Assembly: GCA_045537895.1 (NCBI GenBank)
Contig: JAZSQI010000012.1
Coordinates: 53,535-117,534 of the forward strand
Direction: 5' to 3'
DNA from: Clostridia bacterium
GTDB lineage: Bacteria; Bacillota; Clostridia; TANB77; CAG-465
Length of the DNA stretch: 64,000 bases
This document shows positions 1-9,500 of this stretch, in pieces. The stretch's first letter is position 1; the number at the start of each line of letters is the position of its first letter. The notes beneath the pieces are model-generated. The model was not told the origin of the DNA and ran no database searches. It worked only from the letters and a program-made list of their open reading frames with translations. The translations under genes and the position numbers were made by a program.

Positions 1-75
1 GCTCAGGCCCTTATTAAAGAAGATGAAGATGAAAAGCCTAAAAGAAGAAACATAGAAGCAGATTTATTACTATAA
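1..75 (+). CDS. 3' end of an upstream gene (C-terminal fragment ...AQALIKEDEDEKPKRRNIEADLLL*), product unknown
   Basis: Open frame from the window start to a TAA at 73-75. No start codon lies in the window. Confidence 0.4.
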   Translation, partial: AQALIKEDEDEKPKRRNIEADLLL

Positions 76-89
76 CAAGGAGAAGATTT

Positions 90-317
90 ATGCAAAAGTT
101 AGGTAGCATAAAAATTGAAGAAAAAATTTGGGAATACAAAACAATTTATATGGAAGTGCCATATGTTAGCGACTATAATTTAGCACACTTTTCGGTAAAA
201 GTAAACGAAGCTTGCAAGCAAGGCTATGAGATAGCTGGAGGCTTATCAATAGTACGAGATGAGTATGGCAATTATAAACTTGTTCAAGCAGTGAAAAGAA
301 GAATTGTAAAAAAATAG
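90..317 (+). CDS. Small hypothetical protein (DUF4177-like pattern WEYKT...GYEIAG...)
   Basis: 75 aa ORF with an AAGGAG RBS 8 nt upstream. A rho-independent terminator follows it. Confidence 0.5.
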   Translation: MQKLGSIKIEEKIWEYKTIYMEVPYVSDYNLAHFSVKVNEACKQGYEIAGGLSIVRDEYGNYKLVQAVKRRIVKK

Positions 318-332
318 TAAAATATAACTTAA

Positions 333-366
333 GAGAAGAACTTTAATTAGTTCTTCTTTTTTTGTT
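333..366 (+). terminator. Rho-independent terminator (agaagaact/agttcttct stem plus T-run)
   Basis: A 9 bp perfect stem is followed by tttttttg, directly downstream of the 90..317 ORF. Confidence 0.7.
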
Positions 367-459
367 TGTTTTAGACATTTTATTTATATGTTTTGTATAT
401 ATTTTTACAAAATAATATACAAATACTATGTTAATATATTTGCAAATGAGGGACGTGGT

Positions 460-1356
460 ATGGAAGAAATTTTAAGGCATATGCCTCCTAGTATTCATGC
501 AGTATTAAAGCAGTATGAAAATACTCAAGGAATAAATGAACTTCGTTTGAGAACTGGAAACTATTTAATATTAAGGTTTAGTGGCAAAGAAATAGTAACA
601 GATTATTTAGTATCAAAGGAAGATATATTAAATATTTTACTCAGTATTTCGAAAAATTCTATCTACTCCATACAAAATGATATTAATAACGGTTTTCTAA
701 CTATAAAAGGTGGACATAGAGTTGGAGTAACAGGTGAGGTTGTTTTAGAAGGAGAAAATATAAAAAATATAAAAAATATTAAAAATATATCATCATTAAA
801 TATACGTATTGCAAGGCAGATAAAAGGAGCCGCAAATAAGCTAATAAATTTTATTATAAAAGATGATAATGTATTAAACACCCTTATAATCTCTCCACCT
901 GGTTGTGGTAAAACAACAATGCTTAGAGACTTAATAAGGCAAATAAGTAATATTGGTAAAAATATTTCATTAATTGATGAAAGAGGTGAAATAGCATCAA
1001 TGCATAATGGAACAGCAATGCTTGATGTAGGAGTTAGAACGGATGTAATGTCATTTTGTCCTAAACATATAGGGATGTCTTTAGTTACGAGGAGTATGGG
1101 ACCTGATGTAATTGCAACAGATGAAATAGGTAGTATAAAAGATGTAGAAGCAATAAAAAATGCAACTGGTGCAGGTACAAGTTTACTTCTTACTATGCAT
1201 GGAAAAAACATGAATGATTTAAAGAAAAACAAAGAGATGTTCCAAATTATAAATGATGGTTATTTTGATATTATTGTATTTCTTTCAAATAAAAATGGTG
1301 TAGGAACAATAGAAAAGATATTAAAAGGAAAAGGTGATTTTAATGTTTATAGTTAA
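460..1356 (+). CDS. spoIIIAA: Stage III sporulation protein AA (secretion-ATPase-like)
   Basis: Walker A motif GCGKTT and first gene of an 8-gene spoIIIA-like operon. ATG at 460 has a GAGGGA RBS; the ORF table's 388 start is an upstream alternative. Confidence 0.85.
   Translation: MEEILRHMPPSIHAVLKQYENTQGINELRLRTGNYLILRFSGKEIVTDYLVSKEDILNILLSISKNSIYSIQNDINNGFLTIKGGHRVGVTGEVVLEGENIKNIKNIKNISSLNIRIARQIKGAANKLINFIIKDDNVLNTLIISPPGCGKTTMLRDLIRQISNIGKNISLIDERGEIASMHNGTAMLDVGVRTDVMSFCPKHIGMSLVTRSMGPDVIATDEIGSIKDVEAIKNATGAGTSLLLTMHGKNMNDLKKNKEMFQIINDGYFDIIVFLSNKNGVGTIEKILKGKGDFNVYS
755..789 (+). repeat. In-frame 9-bp tandem repeat (aatataaaa ×~3.5) encoding NIKNIKNIKNI inside spoIIIAA
   Basis: Direct reading of the sequence and its translation. 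Confidence 0.6.
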
Positions 1357-1861
1357 ATTTGGTATATGTATATTAATAGTTGTAATATGTACATTTCTTG
1401 GAATTAAGAAATCTAAAGTATATGAGATTAGGGAGCGAAAACTATCTGATTTTATAACTATTTTTAAATCTATAGAAAATGATATTAAATATATGCTTAT
1501 ATCACTTCCTGATGCTTTAGAAAAAATAAGGCATACATTAAATACTGATATAAAAGATGTAATGGGAGCAATAGCTGTACATATGATGTCTCAAAAAGAT
1601 ATAACAAGCTGTAATAAAAAAATAAATGAAGAAATTGCAGGTATACATGAATTAAATTCTTATGATAAAGAGATAATTTATCAATCAATAATAAGTTTAG
1701 GAAAAGCAGATGTAGATACTCAAATTAGTATTATAGAAAATACTGTGACTAATTTATCTTCACAGCTTGAAAATGCAACATTAGAAAAAAATAAAAATTT
1801 TAAGCTATATAGGACGCTCGGTACAGCTGTTGGACTTATGATAGCTATAGTATTTATTTAA
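1343..1861 (+). CDS. spoIIIAB: Stage III sporulation protein AB
   Basis: About 170 aa with an N-terminal TM segment, second gene of the operon. ATG at 1343 is preceded by aaaggaaaaggtga. Confidence 0.8.
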   Translation: MFIVKFGICILIVVICTFLGIKKSKVYEIRERKLSDFITIFKSIENDIKYMLISLPDALEKIRHTLNTDIKDVMGAIAVHMMSQKDITSCNKKINEEIAGIHELNSYDKEIIYQSIISLGKADVDTQISIIENTVTNLSSQLENATLEKNKNFKLYRTLGTAVGLMIAIVFI

Positions 1862-1879
1862 AAAGGAGAATGTTTATTT

Positions 1880-2074
1880 ATGGATATTGATTTATTATTT
1901 AAAATAGCTGGAATAGGAATTTTAGTTGCCGTTCTTAATCAAGTATTAACCAAAGCAGGAAGAGAAGATCAGGCTATGATGACAACGTTAACAGGGCTTA
2001 TTATTGTACTTGCAATTGTAATACAGGAAATAAGTGGTTTATTTAACACCGTAAGAACAGTATTTAAATTATAA
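1880..2074 (+). CDS. spoIIIAC: Stage III sporulation protein AC (small two-TM protein)
   Basis: 64 aa hydrophobic protein in third position of the spoIIIA operon, with a GGAG RBS. Confidence 0.85.
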   Translation: MDIDLLFKIAGIGILVAVLNQVLTKAGREDQAMMTTLTGLIIVLAIVIQEISGLFNTVRTVFKL

Positions 2075-2083
2075 GGTGAAAAT

Positions 2084-2467
2084 ATGGAAATATTAAAAAT
2101 TGCTGCATTTGCTATTGTAGCTGTAATTTTAATAGTTTTAATAAAGCAAGAAAAAAAGGAAATAGGAGTAATAATTAGTATCTTTGCAGCAGTTGCTATT
2201 TCAGTTTATATGATTTTAAAACTAGATGATGTAATATCATTAATATACAATCTTATAGACAAATCGGGAGTAAATAGTAAGTACTTAGAAATAATTATAA
2301 AGGTAGTAGGAATTTCATATATAATTGAGCTTACTAAAGATGTATGTGTAGATTCTGGAGAAACAGCCTTAGGTAGCAAGGTAGAAATGGCAGGAAAAAT
2401 CATAATAGTAAGTATGACTATTCCAATTATAACGGGTGTTATAGAAGTAATAAACAAACTAATATAG
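2084..2467 (+). CDS. spoIIIAD: Stage III sporulation protein AD
   Basis: 127 aa polytopic membrane protein in fourth position of the operon. Confidence 0.85.
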   Translation: MEILKIAAFAIVAVILIVLIKQEKKEIGVIISIFAAVAISVYMILKLDDVISLIYNLIDKSGVNSKYLEIIIKVVGISYIIELTKDVCVDSGETALGSKVEMAGKIIIVSMTIPIITGVIEVINKLI

Positions 2468-2477
2468 AGGAATATAT

Positions 2478-3626
2478 ATGAAAAATACATTAAAAAAATA
2501 TATATTAATGATATTTTTGCTATTTGCTTTTGCAAATAGTGTATATGCAACAAATAAAATAACTAAAGAAGCATCAGAGTCCCTTGATTTAAGTGGGATG
2601 TTAGATTCATTATCTGAGTATACAAATGATTCAGAGCTTGGAAAAGAACTGGATTTACAGAATATAGCAGGTAATTTAATAGTAGGAAAAAGCAATGATT
2701 ATTCAAATCTAATACAAAAAATAGCGAATATCTTTGTAGGAGAAACAGTTAGCACAATAAAAAATTCAATTACTATATTAATTATTATTGTTGTTATGGG
2801 AATATTTAGTAGTTTAGAAATTGATAAAAATAGTAGTATTAGCAAAATAGTATATTTAGTTTCATTAGTTATTATAGTTACAATACTTGCAAATACTTAC
2901 TTGGATATTCTTAATGATTATACAAAAACTGTAACAGTGCTGTCTAATATATTACAAACAGTATCTCCTTTTATAATGATAGTAATGGTAGTATCAGGAG
3001 GAATTGTAAGTAGTAATTTAATACAGCCAATTATATTATTTATAGCTAGTTTAGTAGGTTTTTTAGTAAATTATATTGTTATACCTTTTATTACTATATC
3101 TATGGTGATGAAGATAGTATCATCTTTTTCATCTAGTATAAGATTAAATAAACTAGGAGAACTATTTTCAAAATCTAGTCTTTGGATTACGGCAGTAGTT
3201 TTTACTATGTTTTTAAGCGTAATAAGTGTTAAAGGAAGTATAACTACATCTGTTGATTCTGCAGTTATAAAAACTACTCAAACTGCTGTGTCAAATTTAA
3301 TTCCTGTAGTAGGGAAATTTGTATCAGATAGTTTAGAAAGTATTATGGGTGCAACTGAGGTAATAGGAAAAACAGCAGGGGTTATTGGGATTATTGTCAT
3401 GATTGCTTTATCTGCTATTCCTATAATTAAAATGATTGTTATTTTTATAGCGCATAAACTTCTTGCTGCTTTTTCAGAAACAATAATAGATAATAAAAAT
3501 ATAGTAGGATTAATTGATGGTTTTGCAGAAAACTATAAGACTCTTTTAGGTATAATAATTGGTATTTTAGCTCTGTATATAATGGCAACTGGTGTTCTTA
3601 TTAAATTAATTGGAAGTATAACATAG
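2478..3626 (+). CDS. spoIIIAE: Stage III sporulation protein AE (signal peptide plus polytopic membrane domain)
   Basis: 382 aa with an N-terminal signal sequence and multiple TM helices, in the fifth-gene position typical of SpoIIIAE. Confidence 0.85.
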   Translation: MKNTLKKYILMIFLLFAFANSVYATNKITKEASESLDLSGMLDSLSEYTNDSELGKELDLQNIAGNLIVGKSNDYSNLIQKIANIFVGETVSTIKNSITILIIIVVMGIFSSLEIDKNSSISKIVYLVSLVIIVTILANTYLDILNDYTKTVTVLSNILQTVSPFIMIVMVVSGGIVSSNLIQPIILFIASLVGFLVNYIVIPFITISMVMKIVSSFSSSIRLNKLGELFSKSSLWITAVVFTMFLSVISVKGSITTSVDSAVIKTTQTAVSNLIPVVGKFVSDSLESIMGATEVIGKTAGVIGIIVMIALSAIPIIKMIVIFIAHKLLAAFSETIIDNKNIVGLIDGFAENYKTLLGIIIGILALYIMATGVLIKLIGSIT

Positions 3627-3638
3627 GAGGAATAATAA

Positions 3639-4166
3639 ATGGAAAACATAAAAGAATTTTTGGAACAAATTATATTTGTTGCTATAACTTTAATATTTAT
3701 TGAATTGATACTACCAAAGGGAAATACTAAAAAATATATATATGTAATATTATCATTATTTGTACTTTTAAATGTAATTTCTCCTATAGTAAATATAATA
3801 AAAGATGCAGATATGCAAAACATATATGATGACGTATTAGGTAAGCTCTCAACTGCCAAAGAGGAAGATATAGAAAACGATATTGCAGTGTTTTCAGAGT
3901 ATAAGAAAGAAAAGATCGAAGAATCTATGCGTGATGAACTAAAAAAAGATATAACTGAAAAACTTAGTAACATAAATGTAGAATTAAAAGATATAAAATT
4001 TAGCTTAAATGATGACTATAGTTTTGAGAATTTAGAAATAACAATAGGCAATTTAGATTATTTAGGCGATAGTAAAAATGACAAAATATTAGATATTATA
4101 ACAAAGCTTGAAGAAGAATATAATCTGCAAAACAATGTTATTAAAATAACGGAGGAGGCAAATTAG
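3639..4166 (+). CDS. spoIIIAF: Stage III sporulation protein AF
   Basis: 175 aa with an N-terminal TM pair and a charged C-terminal domain, sixth gene of the operon. Confidence 0.8.
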   Translation: MENIKEFLEQIIFVAITLIFIELILPKGNTKKYIYVILSLFVLLNVISPIVNIIKDADMQNIYDDVLGKLSTAKEEDIENDIAVFSEYKKEKIEESMRDELKKDITEKLSNINVELKDIKFSLNDDYSFENLEITIGNLDYLGDSKNDKILDIITKLEEEYNLQNNVIKITEEAN

Positions 4167-4748
4167 ATGAAAAATTATTTAGATACATTTTTATCTATGT
4201 TTTCTAAAGAAAAAGATAAAAAAACAAAAACCCAAAATCTTATCTTCTTAGTAATTCTACTAGTTTTTGCATTAATTTGTATTAACAATATGTCTTCAAA
4301 TAGTTTGGTAGAAACATCAAGTAAATCAAAAGAAATTGCGCAAAGCAGTAATAATTTAGAAACTTCTAATTATAATGATATTGAGGAAAATTTAAAAAAT
4401 ATATTATCGCAAATAAATAATGTTAGTGATGTATCTGTAATGCTTACGTATTCAAGTAATGAAAAAATGATACCAGTTTATGATATTAAGGAGGACACTA
4501 CTATTGAAGAAAATAGTAATGGTAATGAAACAAATACAAGCAAAAAAACAACAACCGAAAAGACAGTGGCTTATGAAGAGGTTGACGGTCAAAAGGTTGC
4601 AATAGTTGAAAGTAAAAATAGTCCTAAAGTTATTGGAGCAATTATTACAGCAAATGGAATAGATTCTTCTAATGTGAGTAAGATTAAAGAGGCTGTATCT
4701 AATGCACTTGATATACCGGTATATAAAGTGGAAATTTTTTCAAAATAA
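4167..4748 (+). CDS. spoIIIAG: Stage III sporulation protein AG (YscJ/FliF-like ring component)
   Basis: 193 aa with an N-terminal TM, an S/N-rich linker and a C-terminal ring-forming domain, seventh gene. Confidence 0.8.
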   Translation: MKNYLDTFLSMFSKEKDKKTKTQNLIFLVILLVFALICINNMSSNSLVETSSKSKEIAQSSNNLETSNYNDIEENLKNILSQINNVSDVSVMLTYSSNEKMIPVYDIKEDTTIEENSNGNETNTSKKTTTEKTVAYEEVDGQKVAIVESKNSPKVIGAIITANGIDSSNVSKIKEAVSNALDIPVYKVEIFSK

Positions 4749-4773
4749 AGAAAGGATGATTTATTTGAAAATA

Positions 4774-5352
4774 ATGAAAAAAAGTCAAATAGCTATTATA
4801 TCTTTATCGTTAATGGTTATGATAGCAGGGTATGTTAACTATAAATATAATCCGGAAAGGGAAGAAAATTTAGGTCAGTCGGTATTTGTAAGTAGTAAAG
4901 ATGGATTCATGTATAGTAATATAAAACCATATGAAGATAATGAAAATCAAAGCAAGGAAGAAAAGCTAACACAAGTTAATAATTTATACAAACAAAAAGA
5001 ATCAAATGAAACAATGTCTAATTTTAGAGCAAGTAGAGATAATATGTTTTCTAAACTAGAGGAAACTTATTCAAAGGTAATTGAAACTAGTTCTACGGAT
5101 GTAAAACAAATTACAGATTATCAAAACAAATTAAACGATTTAATTGAAAATAAATATACTATAAAAATTGTAGAAGATTTAATTAAATCAAAAGGTATTG
5201 ATGATATAGTAATTATTCCTACAAATGAAAATCTTAATGTTATCGTATCAGATGATGAAGAAATAAGCAGCGATAAAATAGCTATTATACAAAAAATAAT
5301 TAAGGATGAACTAAAATTTCCGGCTGATAAAATAACTATTAATGTACCATAA
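4774..5352 (+). CDS. spoIIIAH: Stage III sporulation protein AH
   Basis: About 193 aa with an N-terminal TM (MKKSQIAIISLSLMVMIAG) and a C-terminal YscJ-like domain, last gene of the operon. The exact start (4756 or 4774) is uncertain. Confidence 0.75.
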   Translation: MKKSQIAIISLSLMVMIAGYVNYKYNPEREENLGQSVFVSSKDGFMYSNIKPYEDNENQSKEEKLTQVNNLYKQKESNETMSNFRASRDNMFSKLEETYSKVIETSSTDVKQITDYQNKLNDLIENKYTIKIVEDLIKSKGIDDIVIIPTNENLNVIVSDDEEISSDKIAIIQKIIKDELKFPADKITINVP

Positions 5353-5443
5353 AAGCACGTTTGCAATTTACATAAAAATATGATATAATATCTCCATATT
5401 TTAAATTTTAAGCAAAATATTAATATATTTGGAGGTGTTAATT

Positions 5444-5740
5444 ATGAGTATAGTACAACAGTGGCATGATAAAATTATTGAATATGAAAATTCAAAAAAA
5501 GAGCTTCAATACGAAAAGATTATTGAGCTAATTAAAGCAAGAATCAATACTAACGCTAAAGAGGTAGCATATGATATTCCAATTTATGATGACGTAAGAA
5601 AAAGACTTAATGATGAGGGTTTTAAAATTGAGACAAAAACTTTAACAAATGGTGACCCCGGTTATATAATAACAATCAGTGAAGATTACCTTGATGAAGT
5701 AAATTCTTCTGAAAACAAATTGCTTAAAATGATTGAATAA
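5444..5740 (+). CDS. Small acidic hypothetical protein (tandem paralog 1, ...YDDVRKRLNDEGF...)
   Basis: ATG at 5444 with a GGAGGTG RBS; the table's 5429 start overlaps that RBS. It is paralogous to the next ORF. Confidence 0.6.
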   Translation: MSIVQQWHDKIIEYENSKKELQYEKIIELIKARINTNAKEVAYDIPIYDDVRKRLNDEGFKIETKTLTNGDPGYIITISEDYLDEVNSSENKLLKMIE

Positions 5741-5769
5741 TAAATAAAAAACATATAAAGGAGTAAAAA

Positions 5770-6084
5770 ATGTCTGAAGAAAAAATGTCTTTAGCAGAAG
5801 AAATATTAAAGGAGTATGACGAATTGGAAGCTGAAAGAAGAGAAAGTCAATATAAAGCTGTTTTAACAGCATTTAGAGATAATTTAAAGAAGGGGTCAGG
5901 AACAACATTACTATATTACAGTATCATTTATGATGATGTAAGAGAAAGACTAGAGAAAGAAGGCTTTAGCGTTCGAACAGTCACAAGTAGTTCCTATGGT
6001 AATCAGGCTGCATATTTAATAAGTAAAAAAGAAGAACCTAAAGAAGTTAGACGTGCAGCTGGAATATATGAAGAAGATATTTAG
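5770..6084 (+). CDS. Small acidic hypothetical protein (tandem paralog 2, ...YDDVRERLEKEGF...)
   Basis: AAGGAG RBS, and shares the Y(D/S)(I/II)IYDDVR.RL..EGF core with the preceding ORF. Confidence 0.6.
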   Translation: MSEEKMSLAEEILKEYDELEAERRESQYKAVLTAFRDNLKKGSGTTLLYYSIIYDDVRERLEKEGFSVRTVTSSSYGNQAAYLISKKEEPKEVRRAAGIYEEDI

Positions 6085-6103
6085 TTAAAAACTAAATAAA
6101 AAA

Positions 6104-6128
6104 CTCGGTTTAATTTAACCGGGTTTTT
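6104..6128. terminator. Bidirectional rho-independent terminator between convergent genes
   Basis: ctcggtt...aaccggg stem with A-run and T-run flanks. Confidence 0.6.
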
Positions 6129-6411
6129 ATCTTATATATGATAATAGGTCATGCTTAATTATTGCATATACAGTTAATATATTAAGTACAAATAAAACTG
6201 GTACCATAACAGTGAAGCTTACATGCTTTGTTTTATGTCTAAATGTGTACATTCCAATATATACACCTATACTTCCAAGAAGCGCTGAAATTAGAAAAAA
6301 TGTTTTTTCACTTATTCTATATTTACCTTTTATCGCATAATATTTATCTAGCTTCATTAAACTAAATCCTAATATGTTTATAAATAATATATATATTACA
6401 AAATATAACAT
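6127..6411 (-). CDS. DUF1294-family small membrane protein
   Basis: 94 aa with three TM segments and the motif GG/GS-IG...FRHKT characteristic of DUF1294. Confidence 0.6.
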   Translation of the reverse strand: MLYFVIYILFINILGFSLMKLDKYYAIKGKYRISEKTFFLISALLGSIGVYIGMYTFRHKTKHVSFTVMVPVLFVLNILTVYAIIKHDLLSYIR

Positions 6412-6509
6412 AAAATCACCATAAATAATTATATACTATATATGTTTTAAATCAATATTTATTGCACATAATATATAAACAAATATTACCAAATTATGTA
6501 ATGCGTTTG

Positions 6510-6538
6510 TTGAAATATTTTAAGTAATGATATATAAT
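6510..6538 (+). promoter_or_regulatory. Sigma-A-type promoter (TTGAAA-17-TATAAT) upstream of the glucan-synthase-like gene
   Basis: Direct match to the -35/-10 consensus with a 17 nt spacer, about 25 nt before the ATG at 6561. Confidence 0.5.
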
Positions 6539-6560
6539 TTTTTTAAATAGGGGGGTAGCT

Positions 6561-9500
6561 ATGCAAGATTATATATTGCCAATATATTTGGAAACGAAAA
6601 AAAATTATAGAACAATAAAATTGACTTATGAATTACTTAATTCAGTATCAGCTTTAAAGATACCTGTTCATTCAGCTGGTCAGTGGCTTTTAGATAATAT
6701 GTATATAATAGAACAAGAGTATACTGTTGCAATTGAGGACTTAAAAAATATAAAAGCAAATAGTTTACCATATGTAAAACCAGAAGATGGTCAAAAGCAA
6801 ATAAGAGTATGTTTTATGGCAAATGAGATAGTAGAAAAAAATAGTGGAATTATAACAGATGGAATAGTAAGTAATTATATAAAAGAATTTCAAAAACATT
6901 CTTACGTAACATTTGCAGAATTATCATTATTACCACTTATGCTTAGATGTGCATTGATTAAATTTGTAAGAAGAATCAGCGTTAATATATTCAATTCTGA
7001 GATGCAAAAACTGAAAGTAGAAAAGAGAGTTAACAAATCAATTTCTGATAATGCTAAAATGATAAGCACTAAAATGGACAAGTTAGTTTCAAAAATGAAA
7101 ATTGATTTAAATCAATCAGCTGGAATTAAGACTAGCAATACTGCTTATATTGAATATATGGCTTTTAAGCTAAAAGATATGGGAAGGCAAGGAGAAAGAT
7201 TCTTTAACGAGTTAAAGGAAGAAACTAACAAAATAGGTTTTACAATTGATGAGGCAATAGAAAAAGAGCATAATGAAATAACAACAACTACTAGACTTAT
7301 AGGTAATGGAATAATTTCTTTAAAAACAGTTGCCAGTACTAACTGGAGTGAAGTAATTGTTGCTATTAATAAAATAGATCAAACATTGAAAGAAGACTAT
7401 ACAAATGAGTATAGAAAATGTGATTTTAAAACTAAAAATAGATATAGAAGAAATGTAATTAGATTAGCAGAAAAATATAAATTATCTGAAATGTATGTTG
7501 CAAAAAAGGCAGTTGAGTGTTCAGAAGAATATGAAAAGCACGTTGGGCATTTCTTAATTGGTGATGATAAAAAATTACTTATAAAAAGTATGGGAAAATC
7601 TACTTTTGGAATTAATATAAAGGAAAAAATATTTAATCCTTTAAAACCGGCTTTATTTATATTTACTCTAAATGTTATAGCTTTTATAATTGCTTTTGTA
7701 ATTGACTTTTACTTTATAAATCACTATGCTTTAGGCTATAGAATAATTATAGGAATAATATCATTTACACTTGGGCTTGAAGTCGCAGATAAGATAATAT
7801 CATATCTAGTTGGTAAATTTGTTAGACCAAAAATATTACCAAGATTTAATTTTGCTAAAACTATTGATGAATCGTGTAGCACTATAATAGCAATGCCAAG
7901 TGTCATAAATTCTTTAGAAAAATTAGATAAAATGATCGAAAAAATGGAAGTTACATATTTAGCGAATAGATCAGAAAATATGTATTATATGCTTCTAGGA
8001 GATTGTGTTGGAAGTAAAAAAAACAAGCATATATCTTTAGATGATGAAATTGTTAAGTATGGAAAGCAAAAAATAGAAGAATTAAATAGAAAATATCCAT
8101 CAGAACCTAAGCTTTTTAACTTCATGTATAGGAAAAGAGTATATAGCAAAGGCGAGGAAACATATATGGGATGGGAAAGAAAGCGTGGTGCTTTATCTCA
8201 TTTAAATAAATTATTACTAGGAAAATTAAATGAACATGAAATAGAAAAATATATGTACTTAGCACATAATGATATACCAAATGTTAAATATTTAATAACA
8301 GTTGATGAAGATACAACATTGTCACTAAATTCAGCTAAAGAATTAGTTGCTATAATATCTCATCCACTAAATAAACCTATACTTTCTAAAGATGGAAGAA
8401 GAGTTAAATCTGGTTACGGACTTATACAACCTGCTGTAGGTCTTGATATTGAATCAGCAAATAGAAGTATATTTTCTAAGGTGTTCGGTGGTTTTGGAGG
8501 ATTAGATATATACACTAATGCAATATCTAATTTATATCAAGATGTATTTAAAGAAGCTATATTTACGGGTAAAGGTATATATGATATAGAACTTTTTGAA
8601 CAATTACTTGGAGAAACAATGCCTGAAAATTTAATACTTAGTCATGACCTTTTAGAGGGTAGTTACATGAGAACAGGGCTTGCGTCTGATGTAGAAGTTC
8701 AAGATGGTTTTCCACATAACTTTATAGCATATATGAAGAGAAATCATAGATGGTATAGAGGAGATATGCAAATAATAAGTTGGCTTGTAAGTCCAAATAG
8801 TCCATTAAACTTACTTTCAAAATGGAAGATACTTGATAATTTAAGAAGAGAATCATTAGATGTTTTCGCACTTTTGCTTTTGATTATTACGATGTTTATA
8901 CCTGGAACTAGTTTTGTATATGCATGCTTATTTGTATTTGCTGTAATGAATTTTGGACATATACTATCAACGCTTGATAACTTAATTTGGGGTAAAAATG
9001 CAGAAAGAAAACAAAAACAATATATACCAGTTATATATGGTATAAGAGCAAATTTACTTAAGATGGTATTTAATTTTATAACATTACCATACCAAGCTTG
9101 GACTACAATTAGTGCTCATGTTACATCATTATATAGAATGTTTATTTCTAAAAAGCATTTACTTGAATGGGCAACTGCAGAAGCAATTGAAGCAAGTGCT
9201 AAAGAAAAGCCAATGTATGTATATAAAAATATGTGGACAAATGTGGTCTTTGGAGTAATATTAATACTATATTCTTTATTAAACGATTTTGTGTTTGTAA
9301 AAGATAATTCCACATTTATCTTTGGTATTTTCTTTGTTATAGCTCCTCTTGCTGGTTATATAATGAGCTTAAAAAGCATCTTTAAGCCTGAAAGAGAATT
9401 AACTGCAAAAGAAGATGAAGAAATAAAAGAAATAGCGAGTGATACTTGGAAATTCTTCGAAACTACTATGACGCCAATTAATAATTACTTAGCACCTGAT

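Noticed and set aside
663-1232. Antisense ORFs embedded in well-supported genes (e.g. 663..1232-, 2206..2553-, 3533..3973-, 21461..21730+, 24039..24329+, 58300..58567+, 62349..62699+)
   Set aside because: Each lies fully inside a strongly supported CDS on the opposite strand, has low-complexity composition and no RBS. They are typical spurious ORFs in AT-rich DNA.
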